In this document: in pieces, positions 43,346 through 58,295 of the stretch
Numbering within the stretch: the first letter of the stretch is position 1
Layout: each line of letters begins with the position of its first letter
NCBI GenBank assembly: GCA_951406725.2
Contig: OX597822.1
Coordinates: 8,556,001 to 8,620,000, forward strand
Direction: 5' to 3'
Length of the DNA stretch: 64,000 nt
From: Octopus vulgaris
Lineage: Eukaryota
Notes under the pieces: generated by a model
The model's database searches: none
What the model was told of the DNA's origin: nothing
The model's input: only the letters and a program-made list of their open reading frames with translations
Made by a program: the position numbers and the translations under genes

Positions 43346-45363
43346 ATGTTTATACTCAGTAATTGCCGCCCCAAACCATCACTAATTTCCTCTGTCCTCA
43401 CAGTGTTGTTTATTATTTTCGTTATTTCTTGTGATTTATTTCAAAGTAGAATTATTCAATATCACTAACCAACTTTCTGAGTTTATCAAACAAGAATCAA
43501 TATCTCATAATCGTTTCCTTTCTTTGTATCGCTTCACTCACCAACAGTCTTCTACAAAATTTCGGTACCTTGTTCTATTCTTATTGAATACCTCCATTTC
43601 CCGTTTTTAAATCAAAAGAAAATTGTAAATTAAGTTTAAGAAATAATAACATGAATATTACAAAAAATAATGCGATTACAAAAAATAATGTAATATCAGT
43701 GTAATAAATAATAAAACAAATTAGGGTCCATTTTTATCCAAAAGAGACTCGTGTTATATTAGGATACACTGTGCCAAAGAAATGTATTGAAATTGTTTAA
43801 GTGCACCAGTTTCCATCGAAACCTGACTTTTTCCCCTTCCCACAAGTGCCATAATCCTCTCAGTTAAAACTATTCTCAGAAAGTCTACCGTAGAATAATT
43901 CTTTGAAATTAAAAGCACACTCAGCAATCAATAATATATACAATTGCAATTGTAAAAACCAAAACCAACTGCGCCATCTTAGAATATTTGAGGGGCAACC
44001 AATCAGTATACTTTTCAACGGCTACGTAAAATTTGACATCTTCGTCATATATAAAATTGACAGGAACTACATTTAAGTTATGATTTTTATCAACATGTAG
44101 AAACCGAGTTACATTTGGAATAGGAGGTTAAACAATTTGCCTTTAAATAAACACTGGGGAAATATATTTCGCAAAAGTCCTCACTTACGGTAGAACACTT
44201 ATAAATTAAAGCAAAGTAAAAATCAACAGGGGATGAAATATTTTTTGCATCACCTCCACACTTATTTTTAAATAACAGAGATGGTTTAACTTTTAGTTTT
44301 ACGATTGTTACAATGAATTGATAAGTTGGAATTTTCAGAATCAAATACACACTAATTATACATATTCGCTTCCTAAGATTCCTCAAAGATATTCCTGTAG
44401 AAAAAAGAGAGAGATATTCAATAAAATATTTTTAAAGTTTGAATGCCAAGTAACGGGAAAACAGCTTGTAGTTAATAATCAATATCCCTAGAAGTTCATA
44501 ATGTGACAGGAAGCATATATGATTTAGACAAAATTCTTCTTGAAGATTTTACAAAAAGAACGCAAATCCCAATAATTCACAGTGAAAAGTTTGTAATGAG
44601 ATTAGCTGCTATGTATGAAAAAATTAGTTCCGAGTTATCAAAATAGAGAGAGAATAAGGTGAACATGAGCAAACGAGTTTGATGACCTAACTTCGAAATG
44701 TATATTCTGATTTTTTTATGCTAAATAGTTAAATCCATTCTGTGCAATAATACAGGGACTTTTTTATACATGATATAATACAATATCAGGTACTTACGTA
44801 TCATGTTTTAATGTATTAAAGTATTTATTTAAAAAAAGGAAAGAAAGAGAGGAATCTATAATGTGTAAGTATACGTGCAAATGAACAAGAATAAATAAAA
44901 TTAAATCTAATTTGTGAGCTTTCCATTTAAAAGCATTTCATTTCAGAAAGATATAAATTCTATAGGATTAAATTTAACGTATATTTAACTTAGTAAATGG
45001 ATAATTGCTACTTGTTTAGTTACAGAGGAAGTCTTCCAATTATAGAATTTATAATGTCCAAACTAATATTATTTTATATCGAAAATAGAAATTCAATTCA
45101 GAGGAAATGATGCAAAAACTCGAGGCAAGAACATGAATGCAAAGACTTTAAATTGATTTTATATCCACTTATAATTAGTGATATCAGAAGAGACATATTA
45201 TGCTTTAGTGAGCAGCATATAATTCACGAATTCTGAGATGTCATTGAAAACACTTTTAATTTTCATTTTAAAGAGAATATCATGAGGTAAAACATCCAAA
45301 CTATAATACTTAATTAGTAGATAGAAATGTTGAGGAAAATATCATAAATGATTATATACATAT

Positions 45364-45467
<104 letters not shown>

Positions 45468-45525
45468 TAGAAATATTAAAATTACTAAGTCTCTCTAAAG
45501 GAGATTACGGCAGCGTTACTGGATA

Positions 45526-45622
45526 TTAATAGTTATCGCCATACTAATATGGCAGTCTAAATATAAGACTAAAGCTTTAGTCTTATATTTAGACTGCCAT
45601 ATTAGTATGGCGATAACTATTA

Positions 45623-45623
<1 letters not shown>
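45526..45623. repeat. Perfect 98-bp spacerless palindrome between two (TA)n tracts
   Basis: The two 49-nt arms were checked base by base and centre on AAGCTT. Confidence 0.95.
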
Positions 45624-45668
<45 letters not shown>

Positions 45669-45783
45669 GCACATAATCACAATAATTCAAAAGAATGTAT
45701 TTGAAATGATTTTGAAACAAACTCAACCGCTGAGTGGTGAACTATGTTTTAAGCATTTGTATCTTGTTCTACATAAATACATA

Positions 45784-46006
45784 TACGAGGGTATGCTGAA
45801 AAATTTCTAGCTTTGGGTAAAAGACGATACAGGTAGGTGGATCATTAAATTATGATTTTATTCTACATATTCCCTTGTCAGATTTACACAATTATTGCAG
45901 CGATCCTTCAGTTTTCTAAGCCACATAACAGAACTTGGAAGACTGGGACCCCAACCAGGCCTTTCCCGATACCCTTCAACCCAGGAACTTTTTAGCACCC
46001 CCTCGT
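45784..46006. mobile_element. Mariner-type MITE
   Basis: TIRs TACGAGGGTATGCTGAAAAATTTCT / AGGAACTTTTTAGCACCCCCTCGT. Confidence 0.8.
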
Positions 46007-46962
46007 TTTATATATAATTCGTCATATTCAGGTAAGTATTGAACTGTACGTATGAAATGAAAAATTATCGTAGGATATGCTCAAACAAACAATGTTTCAT
46101 ATTGCAGAATTAAATTTCACGATTTATTAAATGTTGGAAATGAGTTATTTACGTTGCTATATGGTTAGAATGAGTTATTTGTATAGTGTCTGAGAAAGAG
46201 ATTTGCATTGAGGCATTGGTTATTTGAACTGTCGGTATGTAAGTGTTCACTCATATAACGTCAGATTAGAGTGAACAGATCAGAGTAACTGTAACTGTGG
46301 TTGTTCTTTGAAACTTGTATATAACCCATTAGATTCAGGTTGAACCTCACGTTTACGTGCTAAAATATATACGGGCACAAAATCTATTGGTCGTTTTATC
46401 CCTAACATCTCCCCCCCCCGCAACAAAATTAGGATGGATCTAAAAGGGTCTTATGTGGCTTCGGGTGCACTCGAGTTGAACATTCTTTTCTATATATTCT
46501 TGTGATGAAGTTGAATTGAATTCTTCCTGCAGAATGTTAAGTCATATCCCACTTCTTCGATCTATGTTATTCAGAAGTATTTCTCTCCTTCTTAGTTAAT
46601 TAGCATGCATTGTTCAGATTTGATTATCCACTTGAATTTCATAAATAACTTTCCCACATTACACTTTAACTGTATCAGGCGAACACCCTAAATTTCCCTT
46701 TCTAAATTGCAGTACCCATTCTGGATATTTGGGACAGAACCATATGTACTTATTAGGGTTTAAAATTTCTTTTGCTTTATTTCGACAATTACGTGGTAAG
46801 ATATTCTTCATATTTGTTCGAATTTCTCTCCTAAGTTCCTTCTATTCAAGGTCGGTTTAAGAGTACTTCGGTAAGCCAGTAAAAACCCTGATATTGATTC
46901 CGTAGTGTTTTCCTCTCCATTTTATTCTAAAGTGCCTTTTCAAGGCATCGACAAATCCCCCA

Positions 46963-47003
<41 letters not shown>

Positions 47004-47234
47004 TCTCTCTCTCTCTCTATGTTAGTCTGAGGCGCAAAAGTACGCCTTATGACTAAATACTTGCTTTAACTTGTGAGTTGTAAATGAAGTTGAAATATCA
47101 CTCATCATGAAAATGTCAAGCCACTTCGAAAAAGCAACAACAAGTACTAAAATAATTACCATTTGTAGGGCGAGCAAAATTAACGTGACCCCCCGCACTA
47201 TGCTTTTTCTGGTACCGGTCATAGTGGCCAATTA

Positions 47235-48645
47235 GATATTGTAGGCATCGTTCAATACCCTAACAAACTTTTGAAAACGGATGAATGTTTTTCCTTCTGC
47301 AAATGAGTAAATTCGTCAGATGATGCAAATTGGAATGAAGTGTTGATAGGAACACTCAAAGTGTTTGAATGACAGTAAATAGAGTTCAGTGGTTTACTAT
47401 ATAACACCAGTTCAGTAATTCAATGTAAGCCATGTAAATCTAAGTCATGACGATCCATCAAACAGCAAGTTCCATTTAAAACATTTGAATCAAACTATAC
47501 TTTACACTTAACCATGCTGATAAGTTTGAAATTATCTCTTAATCTCTTCTGTCTCATCTCTTTCTCGGTAACCAAGTTGCCTCCAAGGTTTGCGAGTAAA
47601 TCAACGTGATAACCAGATGTTATGTCTAACAAATATAAAGGAGTATCATTTATTGAAATAATTTAAACCCAGCTTTGTTTCTTTTTTGTCTCTTTTTTTC
47701 TGAAAATACACAAAGCCACATTAAATTTGACAAATAGTATTGACTTTATTTATTGGTTTGCAACGAACCGAACACCTGAATGTCTACACAAAGAAAACCC
47801 TTCCTTATGACCAAATTTTAGGAATAATTTTTCAGACTTGTGTTTCTTGTGGGGGGAAAAAGGTTCCATAGTGTCTAACTGAATAGAACGGGAATTGCTT
47901 TTTTGTGTTTTAAGAAGTAATGGTTTATCATTAGTTTTTCACTTGATTTACTGACTCTAAACTTGTTAAATTGTCACTCGTTTCAAACACCGTCATGTCG
48001 TCCTTCAAGTTTATTAACTTTTAGCACTCCTTGCTGGCTTGATGTACAGACATTTTTGGTCATAGTTATAATTGTGACAACAATTTAGTACGAATCTCTG
48101 CAACCGATGTTGATTGTAAAACAGAAACAAAGAATAAGCATTTAAACTGATTATTAGTTGAAGAATTCAAACTGAATTTACCTTACATAGCTGACAGAAA
48201 TCCTTCTTCTGGGATTATTGAAAATTTTGAAGCAATTGCATCTACTGTTAAGCAAAGATGAGTTGACGCCAAAAATTTTCTGAAGTATTTGAACTGCTTC
48301 ATTGAAATCAATATCTAGAGGATTGTTCAGTAGTTTATAGCTGATGATACTTTTCAACGCGTAAATTATCTTCAAAACGAACAAACCTCGAATCAAATGT
48401 AATATCACGAGTTAAATCAAAAATAAATTCTGTAATGGAAATTTAAGCTGTTTGTGATTTTTCACTGTTTTGAGTTGATTGATAATTATTTAGTTAGTAA
48501 TTCAATAAGTTTCAACTGGCGTCTCAAATTATTTCTGCTGACATTCAAAATGCCTTTCCATCTGTTCAAAAGAAATAGTCATTTCATCATTTCATCCCCG
48601 TCGCCACTGTTGTAACTGTGATTGTGGTTGTTCGTTGGACATTGA
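47235..48645 (-). mobile_element. Decayed Ty3/Gypsy gag-protease region
   Basis: ISITEFIFDLTRDITFDSRFVRFED, NPLDIDFNEAVQILQKIFGVNSSLLNSRCNCFK, FKCLFFVSVLQSTSVAEIRTKLLS and a GHKEGF knuckle remnant, typical of invertebrate Gypsy gag. Confidence 0.75.
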
Positions 48646-48974
48646 ATACTAGACATAAATATTACCCATTAGATTGCAGCGAAGAAAGAAAAGAACTCGT
48701 AACTCGTTTTACTTTCCTTGCGCTATATTATAACAATCCGCAAGTTTACAAACTGTCCGTTAGACAACAAACCCAAAGAAGAAACGCATGCAATGAAAAG
48801 TGACTGACTTTTCAGGAACACAGCCGGTTGGACACCAAGTTCAGGTGCTAAATCGTTCCCGTGCCAAACATCTAGTGTATGATTTTGTCCTTAACAAAAA
48901 TCACACAGCATTAATAAATCTCCGAACGAGATGTAAACAGTAACCGCTCGACAACGTAAAGTGTACTAGCCATC

Positions 48975-49049
48975 TGAATGTGGCTAGCCACTGGGGTGGG
49001 TGTTACTGAAACTTCAGTAAAACCTACCCCCGGTGGCTAGCCACATTCA
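48975..49049. repeat. GC-rich 75-bp hairpin
   Basis: TGAATGTGGCTAGCCACTGGGGTGGGT...ACCTACCCCCGGTGGCTAGCCACATTCA. Confidence 0.9.
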
Positions 49050-49339
49050 AAAATCATACAGTAAATTATGTAATCTCATCGAGATAAAATTATATTAGAA
49101 AGTACACCGATTACGACAGAAAGAATTATTTTCTTAGTCATCCACCTATCTGTTCGGATCAGTAATCCAGGTCTTTCTCATGTTATTATATGTAGTTTGT
49201 GATCGTCCACACAATGCAGGCGATTTATTTTTACCTTGTTTAAAGGCCTGCAGTGTTTTCAATATATTTGTCAGTGGGATTGATGCAACGATGAAGAGTT
49301 ACGGAGACAGCGAATCTCTCTGGAAAATAGCCTACTGTA

Positions 49340-50330
49340 TTGTCACTTTTTTTAGTGATACATTTTCACATGTCACTTCTACTTTCCACACTCGTCGACT
49401 TATCTTATAGATTCCAACTCTCTCCCAGCATTCCAAGATCCAGTAGTATGGAATATTATCATAAGCCTTCCTGTAATCTATCCAGTCAACAGCTAAAGCC
49501 TTCCGTCTTACTCATATCTCATTTAGTATCCCACTATCTATGTACAGCAGATCAGCAGCTCCATTCCACTTATTTCTACAGCCGTTAGGCTATTCTGGCA
49601 ATAAATTCTTCTCCAGAAAATTAGACATTTCCTTTGTTAAGAGGCCAGTTAATGACTTCTAGAGTAAAGGTAAACCTATAATAGATCTACAATTACAAAT
49701 GTCCCCCCTCACTTCTCTATGGCTGTTTGTATCAGCACTGTTCTTCTTTTTGTGATTCACGTTAGCGTTCCATTCTCTATGCTACCAGAAATAAACGGCT
49801 GTATATGGTTGTACTTACTTCGAAGATTTTAAAGCCAGAAACCCGGAGTGTCATTTGTTCCAGGGACTTTCCTGTTTGATATATTTCTGATCCTTACTTT
49901 CAGTTTTTCATTCTTAATTTTTATATTTTCTTCTTTCTTTCCATCTCGGATTAAATTCCGGCGATTAGTCGGCCTTTATATTAATTTGGACATGTTTACT
50001 CCATATATCGGTCCAGAATTGTTTTGGTGTTTCAGAATCTGACACCCCATATTCCCGATGTTTCTTGTACAGGTATTTAACTACCCTCATTCCTTTGTGT
50101 CCAATGCTGTACTTTGTTTGCAGTTCGCCCCTTTTTCCCTATCTCCCTTCTTTCTTTCTTTTCTACAATTGCTTCTATCCGTCTGAGATATCCCGATTTC
50201 ACTTGAGCATTTGAATTTCCTTCTATAAGACTTCGCTCCGTATTAACGGAAACGTTTTTGTCTGTCCATATTTTATGCATTCATTTCCTCTAATCTGTTT
50301 TTCTAGGCATTATCTCTAAAGGGTTTCTAG
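49340..50330 (-). mobile_element. R4/Dong-like LINE reverse transcriptase fragment
   Basis: KQFWTDIWSK, KVPGTNDTPGFW and ALAVDWIDYRKAYDNIPYYWILECW motifs. Confidence 0.8.
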
Positions 50331-51699
50331 TCAAAACTAAAGAAACACTTTCTTTGTGGGAAATTTATCCATATGAAAACGAACTCGAATGCATTTGTAC
50401 TCAGAAGAATTCTTATTATCATTACCGCTACCCTAAGCTGATAATTGACTCGCCGTGGCACTACTAATAAAGAAATATTATATGGGTGGCTGTTGATGCT
50501 TCTGAATTCATTTCGTCTTGCAAGGGCAGATTTGCAGGAAAATACACCCTTCTCACGAAGCTTGTTTTTGGGATTGCCAGTTCAATCGTCGATGTGTCGA
50601 TTATAAACAACAACAAACCAAAAAGAAATAAAATTTATCATTATTATTGCTGTTGTCGTTGTTGTTTTTGTCGTCGTCGTTGCTGTTAACTGGAGGCAGC
50701 TTGGTTTAATATAATCGTGTATGGGATTATGTGTATGACGGTATTTTTCTTGATCTAGGTTGTGAATTCATTCACGTCCAGCAGTGCTCCAATGACTTTC
50801 CAGCCTACGGAAAAGATAAAACAAAGTTACGAAAATTGCTGACCATGTGTTCATACATTAGATCTATTACATATATGAAAATAGCGTTTTAGGCACATAG
50901 ATGAGCGTGGTTTAAAGAATGCAACGTTATTGGCAGATGATGTGTTGTTGTTGGGTCAATAGCACAGCATTCTAAATGATACAGCACTGCAGGACATATG
51001 TGTAAAGTTATGTTAAATACAAATGCATAAATTCATTAATGAAGCAATATTAATTAAATTGCCGATAACGCTGACACCGTTTCCATGTTAAATAAAACAT
51101 TATATTAATCGTTTATGGAGAAATTGCAACATCAGCGATAACACACTTTTAATAGTTATTGACAAAGCATTATCCGGCAAAAAGATGCAATGTAAAATGG
51201 CGTTCCATCCGCTGAGAGACACAACGTGCATGATTCGTCATTGAGTAGCTGAGGTATAAAACCTCCATTTGATTCTGTTCTAAATATATAACAATTTAAT
51301 ACGTTTTTATTGATGCGCTGAACGAGTGTACATTCCTAAAAATCCTTCAATAATTTTCTACCAGATTTTTATTTAACGTTCGGATCGATACGTTTCGCCC
51401 CAGAGAACCTTTTGTGTGAATTTATTACTTCTTTCGCGCAATTCATTATACAACTTTCAGTTATCGATATTTGCTAAATTAAAGTATTAAGGTTATATAG
51501 AATTATACAAGTATCAAAAACATCAAATTGATAAAAAAGGAAATGCAGTTGTTTTAAAACGTTCGTGAATTTATTAACATTCATGAATCTTTTAATGAAA
51601 TGGATTACTACGAGTATTAATTCTAATTTGTGAATGGCTACACTATAATTAATGATTATTTCCCATAAATATGTGTTACGTGCTCTGTATGTGCGCGTA

Positions 51700-54360
51700 C
51701 GTAACCTGTGTGTATGGTTACATATTGATATATCGGGAGTGCTACATGTCTAAAAACGACTACCGTCTCTCTGAGTTTCCTCGTTGTCAGAATTTTGTTC
51801 TAGTTTTCAATCCAAGACCTGTCTAATGGCTACTCAGTCCAGCTAATGATGTGCATGGCTTGAAGCACATGTGGCAGACGAAACGTATGAGTTCTGCTCT
51901 CTCTCATCGGGTCACTCCGTGAGGTATGGTCTCTGTGAACTGTCATATATCTCTTTAGTCCCGAAATGAAATCGCAAGTACTTTCCTACCACAAATCACG
52001 ATCAAAGTTCCCATCATTTACAACATAAAGTTGAGCTTTTCTTTCCTTGAAGACTCTTCCAGTACTTCTGAACTGAAAGTGAACGCCTTTTTCAGAACCA
52101 GAGAAAGCATACATATGCAGAACTTCGAAAAGTATCTTGAATAATGTAGAGGCATCACTCGATTGTTAATAGGAAATTGGTCAGTCAATTATCCAATAAA
52201 AAAGTGCCGAGCCTTCTTGTATTTCTACAACCACTTAAACACACAGACAATCAATGGTGAGCAGCTGGCATTTCCAAGAATTGTTCAAAGATCATCTTTG
52301 TTAATTGTATCAAATTCTTTGGTTAAATCAGCAAAACGTTTATATAAAGCCAACTGTTGTTCAGTGCATGATTCTTGTATCAAAAGGAGAGAAACAAGAC
52401 GAATTTTTACTCTACCTGATCTAAAGTCACTTTTATATTCAAGCTTGATTGTAGGATGCATTTTATCCATTAGCTTGCTCAACAAAAAGTCTAGCAAATA
52501 CTGTGCCATCAGCTTCCATGGGTGTGATTCCATAATAGTGATCACAATTTCCATTTTCTCCTTTAATCTTGAACGAGGATTAAATACTACTGGTATCTTC
52601 TTGCTTCTAGCTTTCTACAGTTCAAAGGGAGCAACACTGTTTCCTTACCAGTATATATCTGTTTGAGAATACTTTACCTTCCGTCATAAACTGATAATAA
52701 ATTCTTTGTGGACATTGATAAAGAATCAATAGCATTATCATTGATGAGAAATCTAATAAATCTGTAAAGGGTTCTTGTCAGGGCTGCCGGATTTTCTCCG
52801 GTTCTTTCTGCTTCGACTTCAGAGGGACTCGAATATAAGTTGGTGGACTTAGCCTTTTCCTTCACGTAGAAAGCCATAAAATAGCTTCCAATTCTTTACA
52901 TAGTATGCTTTTTGAATTTCAGAAGAGACCTTCAACCACCATTCCTTTTTACGTATTCTTACTTCCTGTTATTACGTTGCTTTGAATTCTCTATATATCC
53001 CTTCCGTAATAAGCTATACCAAAGGTCATTGGCTCAAATTATTTCCATGAAGACCTGGTTTCATTTCTAGTACCTTGCTGATAGTGGTATCGTTATCGTG
53101 AAATCAGTTTGTTTATTTTTTCATACAAGCACCAAATAAACTCGCTCCCATTGAGTACCCAAGACTTTTAAAGTTATCCCATGTGCCATCAAAATCAATA
53201 CAATCATGTTGTTTGTTTATGGTTTCATATACTTATTTATTGGCTTGGTGCATAATTATTGCGGGTTTTTTTCAACAAATTTTATTCAACAAAAACATTA
53301 ATATTTCACAAAAACATATTTAAATGACGGTATGACCGTCTGCCAAGCAAATGGGAAGCAGTAATTGAAGTAGATGGTGAATATAACCCGGAATAATCAT
53401 TTACAGATATTTTTGTTAAATGTTGTTATTGTTTTTGTTGAATAAAATTTGTTGAAAACAAGCCGCAATAATTATGCACCAACCCAATAGTTTTAATTTT
53501 GTAACATTGATACTCATTGGGTTTTCACTCCACTCACATGAAACATTTTACGAATTTGCGTTTTATATTTTCCTCGCAACATTCGGTGATCTGTGTCACA
53601 CTCTGTGGTCTGCATCACACATACGCCACTGAGGTCATATTAGGGGGTGAAAATAAATTCAATCGCGTGGCCATATTTAGATCCCAGGTCCATGAACGTC
53701 ATTATTGAGCTTTTGGTGGAAGAATGTGCTGCGAATGACTAAGTTTAAATTTACCGGTGCCATGGCAGAGTAGCACATCCCATGTGTCATAGTCTCTATC
53801 AATTCCCACATTGAAGTCACCAAGAACGATCTATTTTTTCAACTATTGTTGATGTCAAAGCAGTACAAATATTTCCACAGAGACATGATAGTTTCTCCAT
53901 TGGCTCGGAGAACAAAAACTTAAACTGATAAAATTGTAACATATTATCCACATGAAAGTAGAAAGCAAAGCCTTATTATGCCATCAGCGATTCCTAAAAG
54001 GACACTTCAAACATCCTGGCGAAAGTTGTTCTGATCGCATAAGTGACAAAACCCTCCAGTCATTTGCAATTCACGTTTTGGTTGGCAACCCCAGTACAGT
54101 ATGTAGTCAGATGCTACTTCAGTAAGCTGATGTCCTTCACAGAGATTGTTTTCAAGACAAAGCTGCAAATTCTATGCACAGACTCTGACGTTATTTAGTC
54201 ACGTGTGTGGTTCTTCATTCAGGACGGTCCTATCAACAGTTCATTCCAAGTTGCATCATCTGACGAATTTACCAATATGCGGAAGGAAAAAAATTCGCCT
54301 GTTTTCAAACGTTCGTTGGGATATTGAAAGATGCCTAGAATGTATAATCGTCAACCATGG
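51700..54360 (-). mobile_element. Decayed RTE-clade LINE (APE endonuclease plus RT)
   Basis: LGDFNV (APE) near 53820 and QESCTEQQLALYKRFADLTKEFDTI (QEKCREQ..FxDLTKAFDTV) in ORF 52285-52554. Confidence 0.8.
53238..53489. mobile_element. Mariner-derived MITE nested in the RTE element
   Basis: TIRs TATTGGCTTGGTGCATAATTATTGCGG / CCGCAATAATTATGCACCAACCCAATA with TA flanks and an internal remnant of the transposase C-terminus. Confidence 0.9.
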
Positions 54361-55333
54361 CCAGTACCAGAGAAAGCATAGTCCAGGGGCCTCATTAGTT
54401 TTGCTCGCCCTATAAATGGTAAATCTTTTTAGTATTACTTGATGCTTTTTCTAAGCGGCTCGAAATTTTCATGATGAAGGATATTTCAATTTCGTTTAGG
54501 AAGTTTGATCCAGTAAGGTTCTAACGGTCCAGCTTCAAATATTGATATTAGCGAAATATTTTGCGAATATGTTATAATATTTTTCATCTTTCGTCTACTT
54601 ACTTCAATAAACCACTGTTAACCACAAGGAGCATACCAATTCCGATGTGATAAGCAATATTTAGAGTATCTTTTCAGAAATTTAGGTGATCTGTGTCCTT
54701 TCTAAATATAGCACAGTCATAGGTATCTCTATCCGAGTCGGTCCATGTCACGGGAAGACACAACAAAGATTTTAGGATAGGATTTTGACCCCTATAACCC
54801 CTATATATAGATTTGAGCTGTGCGCTTCCAACTTGTTAGGTCTATATATGTTGGCATATTTTCATGCAATACGACTTAAGGTAAATGGAAGACAAATGAC
54901 AGATGAGGTCACTATAAAGATACATCAATACCTCATTGGATTATGGTGATAAACGCTTCTACAATACGAGAAACCCTCTCTGAGTTTTCTTGATTAATAC
55001 TTAGTGATAGGTCGATGTCAGGTGACCAGTAACCACATACAACCAAAGGATGTTACAGGAGAGTGAATCTCTCCTAGGAGGATGATGTTATAAGAGATGA
55101 AGGACTCCAGACTGTCCATGGTTTTACACTAAAGGTATTTGTCTTATCTGACTTTAACTAACCTTTTGACGTTTCCTCCTTCTCATTGTGCAGTGTCCAA
55201 AATACAAATCACCCTATTCACCATACTGGTGATTCAGGTTTAGCTGCCGACGACCCGACCATTCAACAAATTGTACTGAGTTACATGTTACTAGTCGCAC
55301 CCAAGGACGACCTTGTATTCATATGTAATATGC

Positions 55334-55378
<45 letters not shown>

Positions 55379-55473
55379 TTTATATAAATATATATATAAA
55401 TAACGGGAGAGAGAGAGAGAGAGATATACAAACATAAATACATGCATATATTATGTATACATACACGCACACA

Positions 55474-55514
<41 letters not shown>

Positions 55515-55519
<5 letters not shown>

Positions 55520-55650
55520 CGAAAAAGCTTCTTTGAGTTTCCGTCTACAAAATGCCCTTACAAGGGTTTGGTCGGCCCGCGGATACAGTAAAATACACTT
55601 GGCGAAGATTCCATGCAGTGGGATGAGAATTCGGAACCATATGGTTGGTA
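55515..55650 (-). mobile_element. SINE family A 5' half, diverged
   Basis: GTTTCCGTCTAC...TTGGTCGGCCCG...GGAACCATATGGTTGGTA. Confidence 0.7.
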
Positions 55651-55689
55651 CACAGAATAATTAGTATATTCATTATAATAATAGTCAAT

Positions 55690-58244
55690 TCATGTTGCCT
55701 ATGCGTTTTCGGTTTTAATTATTTAAATCCACACTATGCTATTGAATTGTATTATGTATTTTGAAAAGTAAATACTGGGTAGGAAAGGACAATACCGATG
55801 GTTTTAACGTAACAATGGGATCTACTGACTCAGCACAAATCACAGATTTAGTGGATATATGCATACTATTTAAATTAAGGAGAGAATTTCCGGAATTTGG
55901 AGGGTTAATACAGGAATGATGCATTTTTTACCCTTTTTAGAAATACATAAAAAGAAATTTTTTATATTTCTAATCTATCGAAAATGAACATAACTCCGTC
56001 AACCTCTTGGGCGATAACCTAGATTTAGAAACAGGTATGGATAAACCCTACCATAAACTGAACACATTAACGTAAAAAGTGACCATCCAAGAAATATTAC
56101 GCATAAATTGGTTGAAAATATTTCAACAAGAATTTCTAATATCTCGGCGTATGAGCAAATCTATAAGGAGAATGTTATTATTAAAATATCACACTAGGTG
56201 AAACCCGATATAAGCAAACATTTTAATGCGATGGGCCAAACTTTAATTAATAGTAACAATACGCAAAGAAAGAAATGCAATAACGATATTAATATGGAAT
56301 TAAATAAAAACAAATATAGGGATAGTTACTGATAGGGCATAAATCTTATACAAAAAATATAAGGAAAAAGCACCAGGAAACAGTTACAAAACGTAAATAA
56401 ACCGAGCACATACGACAAGGAGAAAAACAGTAATGAGATAGTACAAATCAAAGAGAGTAAGATAGTAAATAAGCCTATTACAAAACGCAATAGCGAGAGA
56501 AATTTTAGGTATATGAATACAAACAAAAACGGTGGGATTTGCGAAGGTAAAACGATAATGCCAATAGCAATTCTGTAAAAATCACACTCTATGTATAAAT
56601 GAAATCAGCCCACATAAAAATCATTCTAAGAACAATATCATATGGTTCATAATACCATTTGCAAAGCGGATTAGAGCTAATATAGGGACGTTATTCTACG
56701 AGGCAGTATCTAAATATTTGTCTGAGAAAAATAAGTACCATAAAATTATAAACACACGCACAATAAGAGCTATCATTTGTACTTCTTGAAACAACACAAG
56801 TAATAGCTACGCAAAATACTAAAAGTTGAAATGTTTTCTATAATAATAAGGATAAAGAGAATATAAATGAATGATTAAATGACCAAAAGAATGAAGAATT
56901 TAATGCTGGATTGAGATAGACAACAACAACAACGAAGGAAGGAAAGTAACTCTAGAGGAATCCCACAACTATCTAAAATATAAGCATGAAATATAATAAG
57001 GGAAGAAACAGTAAACATAATACTAATAGCAAAAACGGTAATAGAAATGCAAACAATAATAATAGAAATATAATGGTTGGCATTTATAATTGGAGCAATG
57101 ACCGCATAAGGGGAAAAGATATAAACATTAAATGGATGCAAAAAGGAATAGGTTAATAGTTAAGACTCGTAACATAGCAAATGAATATGAAGATAGAAAC
57201 TCAGAAGACAAAGTATGCCAGCGGAACATATCTGGTAAGGAAACAAGGAATGTTCCTAGACATATAGCATGTAATTATGTCAAGGAGGAACGGTGTCCGT
57301 TAAGGAATTTTTGCAGAGAAAAATATATATACAAGTGAATGGGAATTTCAGAGGGAAAGGATTACTATTATGTAGGTTCTACTGAAAACTGCATAAAAAG
57401 AAGTATTATGAACCATGAAAACACCTTTAGGGATAGGCGAAAAGAAATAAGCACTAACCTTAGCAAACAAATGTTGAACAATTAAAGATAAAAATAGAGA
57501 ACATACAGTTAGATGGGAAGTAATTAGCCTGGCTAAATCTTATATCACAGGGAACAAAATGTGACAATTCTCTGATGAAGAACTTTGTCAAATTCTCAAA
57601 TCAAAAAATGAATTATTAAATAATAAGAGAGAAACAGTTTTTTTCTTGTGTGTATAGGGTTAAATATACATTTAATAAGTTTTGATAAATTGAAATGAGT
57701 ATAATTAAATCGAAACTGAGTGAATAATACAATTGTTACATAGAAATAATTGGCAACAAGTAATTATTTCATCGAATAATTGGCAACAAGAAATTATTAC
57801 ATATTACAATAGAATAATTGGAAACAAGAAATTAATACATATTACAATAGAATAATTGACAAGAAATTATTACATAGAAATAATAATTACAGCTAAATAT
57901 ATTTTCGTTATTTTTAAATAGTTTAGATTAAAGAATTAAATGCCATGTATTTGCAACCTGAGAATTGTACTTCTACACTATTAATTAAATTGACAAATAA
58001 TGTAGGAAACCAAACTATCATGAAATATATCTAAATAAATTATGCCTTTAATAAGAGTGAAAGGGGTTTCTTATTTATTCATAAAGTTTAAAAAATTATA
58101 TTTATATTTATCGAATCTAAATAAATTTAATCTAAATTAACACATTGTATGAATACCTAAATGTAATATCAATAAACATTGTATGAATAGTACAATCCCT
58201 AACTTCCTAAAGTTAAACATACTTTCTTCATAATTAAATAGATT

Positions 58245-58295
<51 letters not shown>

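Noticed and set aside
43900-44800. Possible additional decayed retroelement, including ORF 44090-44386
   Set aside because: No diagnostic motif is recoverable by eye, so it is left uncalled pending a repeat-library search.
57336-57564. TGA codons at Cys-like positions in the PLE GIY-YIG domain (YK*, KM*QF), suggesting selenocysteine as reported for some Naiad PLEs
   Set aside because: The copy is heavily decayed, with frameshifts and another TGA at a Trp position, and I see no convincing SECIS downstream. A family consensus with fixed TGA would reopen the question.
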